Shown piece by piece: positions 32,290 through 43,410 of a DNA stretch of 64,000 nucleotides. Under the pieces are notes generated by a model, which was not told where the DNA came from, searched no databases, and was given only the letters and a program-made list of their open reading frames with translations. The translations under genes were made by a program, and so were the position numbers. Within the stretch, counting starts at the first letter, position 1; each line of letters opens with the position of its first letter. The DNA is from Macrostomum lignano (taxonomy: Eukaryota), in NCBI GenBank assembly GCA_002269645.1, contig NIVC01000945.1, forward strand, positions 248,001 to 312,000, in the 5' to 3' direction.

Positions 32290-35200
32290 CCACTGGGCCA
32301 CTGTGTAGCATAGGGCCGTTTGAGCCTGAGACGGAGGACTGGTCGCAATACAAGGAGCGCATTGAACAAGTGTTCATTGCAAACGAAATCGAAAGCGAAG
32401 AGAAGAAGCGAGCGGTATTCCTCAGCGTGTGCGGCAAGGACACCTATAGGCTTGTCACCAGTCTTCTGGCCCCAGTTAAGCCTTCACAGGCTTCCTTCGC
32501 TAACATCTGCAAAAAGCTTGACGATCACTGGGTCCCAAAGCCGTCAGAGATCGTGCAAAGGTTCCACTTCTACCAGCGCGTTCGAGAGAGCTCGGAGTCC
32601 GTGGCCGACTTCCTGGCGGCACTGCGGCGTTTGGCTGTCCACTGCAACTTCGGTAACAGCTTGAGCACCATGCTGAGAGATCGTCTGGTGCTTGGCATCC
32701 AGGATGATCGCATACAGCGCAGACTCCTGTCCGAGACAGAGTTGGACCTGGACAGAGCACTGGCGATCTCCCAGGCGGTGGAGCTGGCAACCAAGGGCTG
32801 CAACTTGGTCAAGGGCTCGTTCTCAGGAACCCCGCAAACCGCCTCGGCAGCATCGGTAGACCAAGTCGGCCAGACCAATGCGGTAGCGACTCAGCGACCT
32901 GCAAAAAGGTGCTACAAGTGTCTGTCAGCGAAACACCTGGCGGCGAAGTGCCCATTCATGAAGAAGGCCTGTTTCAAGTGCGGCAAGATGGGGCACACCG
33001 CTGCAGCCTGTCGAGGAGGCGCGGATTCGGCTGGAGCTGAGCCGCGGTCGCAAGTCGCCGCTGTGGAGGAGGAAAGCCAAGACTGCGGCTCCCTGAACAC
33101 CTTGCCCAGTGCAGCTGCCAAGGTACCGCCGTACACCACCACGGTCCTGCTCAACGGAGTGTCCTGCCAGATGGAGATCGACACGAGCGCGGCGGTATCG
33201 CTGATATCGGCTAGAGCCTATCACGACCTGCTGGGCGGGGCTCCTGAGCTCGAGCGGACCCCGATTCGACTGCGGAACTACTGTGGACAGCCGGTCAGCG
33301 TACTCGGTCAGATCAGCGTGTCTGCAGAGATTCCAGGTAAAGCCAAGCAGCTTCTTCCTCTTCTAGTGGTATCTGGATCCGGGTCCAGCCTTATCGGTAG
33401 GAACTGGCTGGCTGTGCTGCCGTTGAATTGGGGAAGCGTCAAGCAGCTGCACGAAGCGTCTGCTCCAAAGGATCAGCAAGTGCAGAAGTTGCTAGAGAGG
33501 TTCAGCCCCGTTTTCTCGAGTGGCCTCGGCTGCTACACGGGTGAACCTCTGAAACTGCGAGTGAAGCCCGGGGCGCGGCCCAAGTTCATGAAGGCGCGGC
33601 AGGTACCTTTCGCTTTGAAGTCCAAAGTGGAAGAGCAGCTCGAGCGGGAGATCCAGCAGGGCATTCTGCGGCCGGTCTCCGATTCGGAGTATGCGTCCCC
33701 AATCGTGCCGGTACTGAAGTCGGACGGCTCCGTCAGAATCTGCGCAGATTTCAAGTGCACGGTAAACCAGGACGTGGAGATGGACTGCTACCCGCTGCCA
33801 AGGATTGAGGAGTTGTTCGCCAAGCTCACCGGCGGCCAAAAGTTCACCAAGCTGGACCTCAGCCAGGCATACATGCAGCTTCCGCTCGACGAAGAGTCTC
33901 AGCGCTTGTGCACCATCAACACCTCGAAGGGTTTGCTGAGGTATACAAGGCTACCGTTTGGAATCTCACCAGCAGTTGGAATCTTCCAGAGAACCATGGA
34001 CGGCCTGCTGCATGGTGCACAGCATACGGCAACCTTTATTGATGACGTGTTGGTGACCGGCGCCGATGACGCTGAGCACCTCGAGAATCTGGAGACCGTC
34101 CTGCAGCGCCTGAAGGATGCCGGGCTGAAGTGCCGGCTTGACAAATGCCGCTTCATGGAGAATTCGGTGACTTATTTGGGGCATCGGATTGACGCCCAGG
34201 GCCTACATCCGATGAGTGACAAAGTCAACGCGATCGTTGACGCGCCGATGCCAAAGGACGTCACGCAGTAGCGCAGTTTCTTGGGCCTCCTCAACTATTA
34301 CGGCCGGTTTCTGCCGAACCTGTCCAGCGTTCTGGCTCCTCTGCACCGGCTTCTCGAGAAAGGAACTGTCTGGCGATGGAGCGAAGCGCAGTCCGATGCT
34401 TTCCGGCGCAGCAAGGAGCTGCTATTGAGCTCGCAGGCGCTTGTCCATTTCGACGTCAAAAAGGAGGTGATTCTGGAGTGTGATAGTTCGCCATACGGGG
34501 TCGGGGCCGTCATCTGCCACCGGATTGATGGCCTTGAAAGGCCGATTGCCTTCGCGTCCCGATCGCTCGCCGACGCCGAGAGGAACTATTCGCAGACAGA
34601 GAAGGAAGCCCTGGCGATCATTTTTGGGATCAAGCACTTCCACGCCTACCTCTATGGCAAAACCTTTGAGCTCAAGAGCGACCACAAGCCGCTACTGGGC
34701 CTGCTACACGAGAGCAAGGGCATTCCACCACTGGCTTCGGCTAGGATCCAGCGTTGGGCTCTGCTGCTTTCGAACTACTCGTATCGACTGCAGTATCGCA
34801 AGGGAACTTCGCTACTGCGGGCTGACGCTCTGAGTCGGCTGCCGCTGCCGACGAAGTCAGTGGAGACGCCGTCACCAGCTGAGGTAGTGCTGCTCATCGA
34901 TGCGTTCAATGAGGGACCCGTGACGGCTGCTCAGGTTCGCGGCTGGACAAGAAAGGACCCGCTGCTCAGTCGAGTGCTGCGGCTCGTGCAAGGTGGATGG
35001 CCGGAGCGTCCTCGGCTGGATGCGGAACTGCAGCCGTACGCAGTTAGGGCGGCAGAGCTGAGCTTGGAGGACGGCTGCCTGCTGTGGGGCAACCGTGTGA
35101 TTGTGCCGGTTCAGGGTCGACAAGCACTGCTCGATTGTCTACATCAGAGCCACCAAGGAGCTTCTAGGATGAAGTCTCTGGCCCGAGGATATTTCTGGTG

Positions 35201-36200
35201 GCCGGGATTGGACCGGGACATCGAGAAGCTGTCGCAGAACTGCGGCGAGTGCCAGCGTCATCAGAACTGCCCGCCGCCAGCCCTCCTGCAGCCGTGGCCG
35301 TGGCCGGACAAGCCGTGGTCCCGGATCCACATGGACTACGCTGGACCAGTCGAGGGAAAAATGCTGTTAGTACTGGTGGACGCTCATTCGAAATGGATTG
35401 AAGTCCACATTTGCCAGTCCGCCACCAGTGCTGCCACCATCGATCGGCTGAGAAGGACTTTCAGTCAGCTGGGATTGCCTGAGGTTGTAGTGAGCGACAA
35501 CGGTCCGAATTTCGTGAGCCAAGAGATAAACAACTTCTTGGCCAGTAACGGCATCCGGCATATCAAAGTGGCTCCATATCATCCATCGTCCAACGGATTG
35601 GCCGAGCGAGCGGTCCAGACGGTGAAGGTGGCCCTGGCGAAGGGGCGGCCGGCGTCCCTACAGTTTCGGCTAGCTCGGTTCCTGCTGACCTACCGGGTCA
35701 CTCCACACAGCACAACTGGTGCACCACCCTGCCAGCTGATGATGGGCAGGCAGCTGCGGACGCTTCTAGACATTGTGCGGCCCGATGTCTCGGCTACAGT
35801 CAGGCGCAGCCAGGACTCGCAAAAGGAGTACCACGACCTGCGAGCCAGGGATCGCAACTTCGAAGAAGGCGACGGTGTCCTGGTGCGCGACTTCAACGGT
35901 CCGGAGAAGTGGGCGCCGGCCTCCGTGAGCCGCCAGACCGGGCCGCTGTCCTACGAGTGCCGCCTGCCCGACGAGCGCATCGTGCGGCGGCATGCCGACC
36001 ACCTGGTGCCGGCGACAATCTCACCTGAGCAAGCTGCGGGATCGGCTCAGTCAGGTGGGGCGGCGCCACAGCTTCTGACTCCGTCAGTGACAACGTCTGA
36101 AGCGCCACCGCCGCCGCTGCCGCCGCCGCTGCTGCCGCCCCCGATGCTGCGGCGTTCGGAGAGGACTACAAGGGCACCGGATCGACTGACCTACGAGTGA
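32286..36200 (+). pseudogene. Single-frame gag-pol polyprotein interrupted by one in-frame TAG (34269-34271)
   Basis: Two CCHC knuckles, protease DTSA (canonical DTGA), RT FIDD, RNase H (ECDSSPYGVGA...YSQTEKEALA), integrase HHCC and D-D-E, and a GPY/F-like tail. ORFs 32286 and 34281 share a frame, and TQ*RSFLG corresponds to the conserved TQLRSFLG. Confidence 0.92.
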
Positions 36201-36294
36201 ACTTGATCTGACAGTGACTGACAGTTTTTGGGTGTTGGGGTTTTCTTTTCTTTTTTGTTGCAAGTTCTGTTGCTTTTGTCTTGGCATGGAGGGA

Positions 36295-36515
36295 TGTGAT
36301 AGCTTGGCCTGCGTGCGCGCTGGGGGCGGGGCTAGGTTGAGTTGTTTTGCTCTCTCTCTCTCTCTCTCTCGCTGCATGTACTTGCTAGCGCGGGTTGGGG
36401 GGTGCGGTGAGTATGCCGATCAATAACAAATAGTTTAATATAAAGCAGGCTTTTTAGCCGGTAAAGTTTTTCGTGTTTTTGAGCCAAAATAAAGTTTTGT
36501 CTTGACTTTATTTCA
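36295..36515 (+). repeat. 3' LTR (221 bp)
   Basis: Direct repeat of 32047-32273. Confidence 0.95.
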
Positions 36516-37195
36516 GCACCACTTCCCCCAGATTAGCACCACTTATCCAGATTAGCACCACTTCCCCCAGATTAGCACCACTTATCCAGATTAGCACCAC
36601 TCCCTCTAGATTAGCACCACTTATCCAGATTAGCACCACTCCCTCTAGATTAGCACCACTCCCTCCAGATTAGCACCACTCCCTCCAGACTAGCACCACT
36701 CCCTCTAGATTAGCACCACTTATCCAGATTAGCACCACTCCCTCCAGATTAGCACTATTCTCTCCAGATTAGCACTACTCCCTCCAGACTAGCACCACTC
36801 CCTCTAGATTAGCACCACTTATCCAGATTAGCACCACTCCCTCCAGATTAGCACTATTCCCTCCAGATTAGCACTACTCCCTCCAGATTAGCACCACTCC
36901 CTCCAGATTAGCACCACTCCCTCCAGACTAGCACCACTCCCTCTAGATTAGCACCACTTATCCAGATTAGCACCACTCCCTCCAGATTAGCACTACTCCC
37001 TCCAGATTAGCACCACTCCCTCCAGATTAGCACCACTCCCTCTAGATTAGCACCACTTATCCAGATTAGCACCACTCCCTCTAGATTAGCACCACTCCCT
37101 CCAGATTAGCACCACTTATCCAGATTAGCACCACTCCCTCCAGATTAGCACTACCCCCTCCAGATTAGCACTACTCCCCCATATTAGCACCACTG
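36516..37195. repeat. ~20-bp minisatellite, right part
   Basis: Continuation of the array at 31455-32046. Confidence 0.95.
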
Positions 37196-37324
37196 TACTT
37201 ATGCTGTGCGATTGCATTTAATTTGCAGACTCGGGTTTTATAGTGATTTATTGTAGAATAATGTACTTTTTGAATAGCAGAATACAGTTTATGCTAGTAT
37301 TAGAAACAGGGCAATATATTCAAA

Positions 37325-38356
37325 ACTTTCAACAGCAGTTTGCGTGTGTAATCAACAAAATCGCTTCATAACGACTTTCTGTTGATTCTCTGATGTCTTA
37401 GATAATTTGTATCAGTGGCCCCTACAGAGCACTCTGGCATCGAATTTTCGCCGGCAGCTCAAAAAAATGAGGGTTCTGTGAATCTGCCGAACAGACCTCT
37501 TCTTCCAAGGCGGAGGAGCGTCTAGCGGCACGTATCCTCTAGACGGATCGAGGTAGCCATCCTTGATACCGAGGCTCTCCAGGTGTTTGATTGCCCCGCA
37601 GAGCCAGCGGATCATGCCGGGTTCGCCCGAACCGCAATAGAGAAATTTGCCTTTGTACGGTGAATTTGCCTGGCAGCAGCTGATGGAGGCCATCGCCAAT
37701 AGGCAGACCAGCAGTTTGAGCATCCTTTGGAATGTAACCAAAGAAATAAGTTATATAAATGATAAAATAACTGCAGGATGCCTTTGTCCACGTCGTCACG
37801 CAACCAAACGCGAGGCAATTCTGCACATTCTGCACAATTCTGCACTGCACAATTTCTAATCGTCAGACATGTACATTCTCTGAGCCTTGTGGGTTGGCCA
37901 TCATGGACGTTCTTCGAGCACACAGGCCCCAAATTAATGTGGCGCCTGGTGATCAGAAGCGTTTCCCGCTAAGGTTCTCTGTCCCTTGTACTGTAACATT
38001 AAATTAGTCCAAGAAATATTCGATCTTACCTTGGGAGTATCTCAAGATTTCACTCTCAAATTGCTTGAAGAAATGATCGTCCGAACTTGGCTCTCGTGAT
38101 AAAAGTGATGGTCTGCTGAGTAAGCAAGGAATGCCAGGGACTACCAGGACTGTCCCGCTTTTCATTTGATGAATATAATAATCGGCAGACTGTCTATGGT
38201 CAAATCTGTTCTCAATTTTATTACTCTCGTCTATGGCTTCGCTGCTTTCCAGCGTGTGGCAAAAAGTACACACTGAGTCAGTACAGTTTAACCATTTTCA
38301 TATGCCTTTCGTAGTCTTAAACGCATATTTATACTGTAAAGACAGCCCTGAAGAGA
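37325..38356. repeat. Segmental duplication, copy 2
   Basis: Homologous to 29815-30915. Confidence 0.9.
37412..37723 (-). CDS. Insulin-like peptide precursor, copy 2 (103 aa; no C-peptide, 4 mature Cys)
   Basis: Paralog of 29920-30300: MLKLLVCLLAMASISCCQA...CGSGEPGMIRWLC...WKKRSVRQIHRTLIFLSCRRKFDARVLCRGH. The ORF is intact and the net indels relative to copy 1 are in frame. Confidence 0.75.
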   Translation of the reverse strand: MLKLLVCLLAMASISCCQANSPYKGKFLYCGSGEPGMIRWLCGAIKHLESLGIKDGYLDPSRGYVPLDAPPPWKKRSVRQIHRTLIFLSCRRKFDARVLCRGH

Positions 38357-38758
38357 CTAGCTAGCAAAGAGCAAAAAGCTAAATTTGCATCAGAATAAGC
38401 AATAATTGGAGAATTAGCTGGCGTTATTATCTAGTGTTGATGTAACATTAAGTTCAGTAACTTTACTGCCCCTAATACTAGGCATATCAGAGTTACTCCT
38501 GATACGGCAGTCTCGATTCATATAGGTTTAGTCGCAAAGTTGATGCAGTAATTGCCTTCGGGTTGAAGATTTGGAACAATGATTTCGGACATTGGGAAAG
38601 ATTATGTCTGCATTGGGAAATATGATGTCTGGCATTGGGAACAAGGATGTCTGATGTTGGGAGAAATCCCAGAAAGAATTCTTACTTCGTATTTCCATTG
38701 TACGCTCGTAGAAGAGTCGAATGAAGACTTTCGTACAAAGTGCGCACTTACCTCATCC

Positions 38759-39634
38759 AGTTTTCCAAGCTGAAATTTGCGCCATTGAGCAGTGTGCCCA
38801 GCAACTGTTTCAGGCGAACATTAATAATTTTGACATTAATTTCTACACTGATAGCCAAGCTGCTATTAAGGCCTTAACCACTGAGAATATCTCCGCTGCT
38901 ACAGTATCTCAATGCCACCGCAGTGTGCAATCTCTCTCAGTCCTTAACAGGATTAGAATTATCTGGACACCTGGTCACAGCAACATCCTGGGCAACGAGC
39001 TCGCGGACTCTCTCGCCAAGGAGGGCAGCAACCCAGACGGCAACCACCGTCTGATGAGGCTACCCACCCCCAGGTCGCAAGTCACCCGCCATATCAACAG
39101 GTGGCTCCATCAGCAGCACCAGCTCCACTGGAACAGCTGCACCGAGTACAGGCAGAGCCGCTCTGCCATGCCTAACCTGAACAGGAAAGTCTCTGATTAT
39201 CTGATTTCGCTTAACAGAACCGACCTCAGGGAGATGTGCATGGTCCTAACCGGCCACGGATTCTTCCAGAGACATATATCGTTGCAAACCGGTTGCCCTC
39301 CCACCTGTCCCTTCTGTGGCATAGGAGAGGAGACCGCGGAGCATCACGTCACCTTCTGCCCTTACTTCAACAAGGCGCGGCACAAATACCTCGGCCACCC
39401 CCAGCGGATGGACGAGCTGACCACCGCGGACAATATCCGAGACCTCCGCGCCTTCGTCCGGGACTCCGGCCGGATGAGGGTCGCCGATGCCTCCACTGCG
39501 GACCTGCCGACTACTGGCGGGGACTGGGCGCACCCCCAAGGCTAATCCTTGTGCTCTTTTACCTTGGGGTTGCGATAGGGGCCTCGCGGCCTATTCGCGG
39601 CGCCTGCGCCCCCCGTCAGTAGTAAGTAAGTAAG
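38759..39634 (+). mobile_element. 5'-truncated non-LTR retrotransposon (RNase H + C-terminal CCHC finger; LOA/I-group-like)
   Basis: VFQAEI...FYTDSQAAI...[21 protein letters not shown] (RNase H), LTGHG and CPFC..ETAEH..TFC motifs, a (TAAG)n tail, and a 10-bp TSD TACCTCATCC at 38749-38758 and 39635-39644. Confidence 0.9.
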
Positions 39635-39637
39635 TAC

Positions 39638-39960
39638 CTCATCCCAGTCTGTCAAGGACACCTGACAAATACAACTATTTTAGTGCATTGCGTGGAAAGT
39701 GCAGACAAATTATTCAAACACTCTCCGAGTTCACTCCTGTGCTTACATTAACGAGAAAGCCATAAAATGAAACGAAGCATTGAGTAATTATGATGGAGCA
39801 GTCTCTATTGCACAGACGAATGTGAACAGAAGGCTCTACCTTGAGCTGCAATTAGCGAGAAAACTTACTTGCCACTCGACTGGGCTGGCCTTCTTTGACG
39901 ATCGTCTGTTGCCCAGTTGATCAGCCTTTTTTGTCTTCATCTCTCCTGTGACTTCTGCGG
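39638..39960 (-). CDS. Two candidate exons of an unidentified minus-strand gene
   Basis: 39869-39960 (…[15 protein letters not shown] donor) and 39638-39661 (VSLTDWDE, ttgtcag acceptor) join in phase 0. The original donor GAG|GTAAGT is split by the LINE. No family recognised. Confidence 0.35.
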
Positions 39961-39985
39961 CTCAAGTTAGCACTGTCTGTCTGCC

Positions 39986-40054
<69 letters not shown>

Positions 40055-40057
40055 GCA

Positions 40058-40128
<71 letters not shown>

Positions 40129-41419
40129 GTGTCTGTCTGTCTGTCTATCTGTCTGTCTGTCTGTTTTATGGTCTTTCTGTCTGTCTAAGTGTCTTAGTGT
40201 CTTAGCATCTGATTGTCTGTCTGTCTGTTCATTGATCACCGACATGAGATAAAAATGTCTACAGAAAGCCTATCCATAAAGTCCGCATACTCCCGAGTTG
40301 CTCAGAATTCACTGATCGTCCCTATGCTACAGAGAATTCCTAGCACTGATCAATCACCACAGACACCCCCAAGACAATCACATTGATGCAATAAATCTTC
40401 TCTCTCGTGTAGCCCTGGGTGGTGATTGATGCAGCCCTTTCTGCTTTAAATCCCCATCCTAGCAGCGGTTAGAGAAATTTTGGTCGAAAAAATCCTCTGC
40501 AATCACAGAGAGTTAATGACTCGCTGGCCCTAAAAAAGCTGGAACTTACTATGCAAAATTTTACTAAGTTCTGGCTAGATTTCAGCTGTTCCTGTCTCTT
40601 CTTTAGTGCATTTGTTCAAGCCGCCTTTTTTCTTGATCGAATTAGTCTATGGCGAAACCTCCCATGTAGCAAATCCGCATCTCAAGGCTTACAGGAGTTA
40701 TTAAGGTTTACGAGGGGACCTGCTAAGATGACAAGGATCATGAGGGATTTTTGAGACTTCAAGGCTCATGGGAGTTGCTCAGGGGCTTTTGAACCAAAGC
40801 TCACAGAGGAGCTGCTATTTTAGGCTTTCAGGCCGGATGCATTTTTGCTTTAACCATTTCCTTAAAATTGAAAACAGTGGCTGCACAACGCAAGGTCAGA
40901 ACCCTATAGATGTAGTCTATTTAAATATCTTTATTCTTTTCTTTGCTGCTGCCTCCCCAAGGGGGGGCGCAACTTGCTAGTCCACTATACTAAAACTGAG
41001 TTGTCTGTTGGTAGGTACGTATTATAGTTATGTGATTGGTTTCAGAACAAAAGGCTCAATTGTTTTTCATAATCTGAAAGCTTCCTATCTCGCCAGTACA
41101 TTTCGCTAAATCCTTTTAATTATGCTTTCGAAGAATGAAACAGCAATAAAAATATGCGAATCAAGAGGAACTTATAACTTAGTTAGAGGATAACTGATAT
41201 CTGCAATTAGGCAGTCACTGATACAAATAGTCGGTCCTACTAAACAGAAAGCATTTTTTCGAGGGTAAAGAGCACAAGAGAGCAAATGTCAATTTAAGTA
41301 GCAGAAATAAGCATAGAAAGAGAGGTTCAAATGCAAATGCAACCGAAAAGCATAAGCAAGCTTTACCTATCAAACTTATTATATTTGCTATTTTCACTTT
41401 GGCAAACAAAACCATCATT

Positions 41420-41735
41420 TTCCTCTCTCTCTCTCTCTCCTCTCACCCTCTCTCTCCTCTCTCCTTCTCTCTCCTCTCTCCCTCTCTCTCCTCTCCCCTC
41501 TCTCCCGCTATCTCCTCTCTCCCTATCTCCCTCTCCACCTTTCTCCTCTCTATCTCTCTCTCCTCTCTCCCTCTCTCTCCTCTCTCCCTCTCTCGTCTCT
41601 CTCCCTCTCTCTCCTCTCTCCCTATCTCTCCTCTCTCCTCTCTCCCTCTCTCTCCTCTCTCCTCTCTCCTCTCTCCTCTCTCCCTCTCTCTCCTCTCTCC
41701 CTCTCTCTCCTCTCTCCCTCTCTCTCCCCTCTCCC
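41420..41735. repeat. CT-rich low-complexity repeat
   Basis: Direct inspection. GA/CT-rich tracts also occur at 44170-44540, 51780-52560, 52987-53207 and 55780-56200. Confidence 0.9.
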
Positions 41736-42169
41736 TTGCGCTGTCTCTGCATGTCCAAATTAAACGCACACAGTGACCGGCATCAGAAACAAGTCTGATC
41801 TGCATGCAGAACAGTAAATATGTTGCTGCCGCAGCCAAGTACAACTGAAAAAGTACACGAAAGTTAGGAAACGAAAATGAAAGAGAGAGTTTTGTGCGTT
41901 TGCGTGTTTGCGCAAAGGAGTTTTTGACTTGGCTAAGCTTGTGTAAAAAAGGAAACTCGTCATTAAAAAAACGGAAAGCGTAGAAACTGAAACCCGTGGA
42001 AAACCAGAAGAGCTATTAGGAGCAGATTCTGCGATAGCGAGCGAATAAATGTAAGTTTTTTGCTGCTTTTTCCGAGACGCTGCAGTATTTTTCTGTGGTT
42101 ACTGTCAGGCGACATAAATGTTGTCAGGGGCTTTAACGTCGTTGTCAAGGAACGCTACATTAGAAGCGA

Positions 42170-43410
42170 CACACTAATGTTGTCAGGAGGCCCTAATGCT
42201 AATGCTGTTGTCAGGGACGCTACAGTTGCTGTCAGGAGACCCTAATGCTGCAGTCAGGGACGCTACAGCTGCAGTCAGGAGACCCTAATGCTGTTATCAG
42301 GAGACCCTAATGCTGTTGTCAGGGACGCTACAGCTGCTGTCAGGAGACCCTAATGCTGTTGTCAGGAGACCCTAATGCTGTTATCAGGAGACCCTAATGC
42401 TGTTGTCAGGGACGCTACAGCTGCAGTCAGGAGACCCTAATGCTGTTATCAGGGGACCCCAATGCTGTTGTCAGGGACGCTACAGCTGTTGTCAGGAGAC
42501 CCCAATGCTGCTGCCAGGAGACCCTAATGCTGTTGTCAGGGACGCTACAGCTGCTGTCAGGAGACCCTAATGCTGTTGTCAGGGACGCTACAGCTGCTAT
42601 CAGGAGACCCTAATGCTGTTGTCAGGGACGCTACAGCTGCTATCAGGAGACCCTAATGCTGTTGTCAGGGACGCTACAGCTGCTATCAGGAGACCCTAAT
42701 GCTGTTGTCAGGGACGCTACAGCTGCTATCAGGAGACCCTAATGCTGTTGTCAGGGACGCTACAGCTGCTATCAGGAGACCCTAATGCTGTTGTCAGGGA
42801 CGCTACAGCTGCTGTCAGGAGACCCTAATGCTGTTGTCAGGAGACCCTAATGCTGTTATCAGGAGACCCTAATGCTGTTGTCAGGGACGCTACAGCTGCA
42901 GTCAGGAGACCCTAATGCTGTTATCAGGGACCCAATGCTGTTGTCAGGGACGCTACAGCTGTTGTCAGGAGACCCAATGCTGCTGCAGGAGACCCTAATG
43001 CTGTTGTCAGGGACGCTACAGCTGCTGTCAGGAGACCCTAATGCTGTTGTCAGGGACGCTACAGCTGCTATCAGGAGACCCTAATGCTGTTGTCAGGGAC
43101 GCTACAGCTGCTATCAGGAGACCCTAATGCTGTTGTCAGGGACGCTACAGCTGCTATCAGGAGACCCTAATGCTGTTGTCAGGGACGCTACAGCTGCTAT
43201 CAGGAGACCCTAATGCTGTTGTCAGGGACGCTACAGCTGCTATCAGGAGACCCTAATGCTGTTGTCAGGGACGCTACAGCTGCTGTCAGGAGACCCTAAT
43301 GCTGTTATCAGGGGACCCCAATGCTGTTGTCAGGGACGCTACAGCTGCTGTCAGGAGACCCCAATGCTGCTGTCAGGAGACCCTAATGCTGTTGTCAGGG
43401 ACGCTACAGC
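42170..43410. repeat. 43-bp (21+22 dimeric) minisatellite (atcaggagaccctaatgctgttgtcagggacgctacagctgct)
   Basis: Period 43 checked at 43081 and 43124. Confidence 0.93.

Larger units (their letters stand above)
32047..36515 (+). mobile_element. Full-length Ty3/Gypsy LTR retrotransposon, Mag-like (4469 bp)
   Basis: TG...CA LTRs at 32047-32273 and 36295-36515, differing by 2 substitutions plus a (CT)n length change. 5-bp TSD GCACC. PBS TGGCGACGAGGATGG. Short purine tract ggaggga before the 3' LTR. Domain order gag-PR-RT-RH-IN. Confidence 0.97.

Noticed and set aside
38721-38758. ATG start of the 274-aa LINE ORF
   Set aside because: It lies in flanking DNA upstream of the TSD. The ORF is a 5'-truncated fragment fused by chance to host sequence, not a domesticated RNase H gene.
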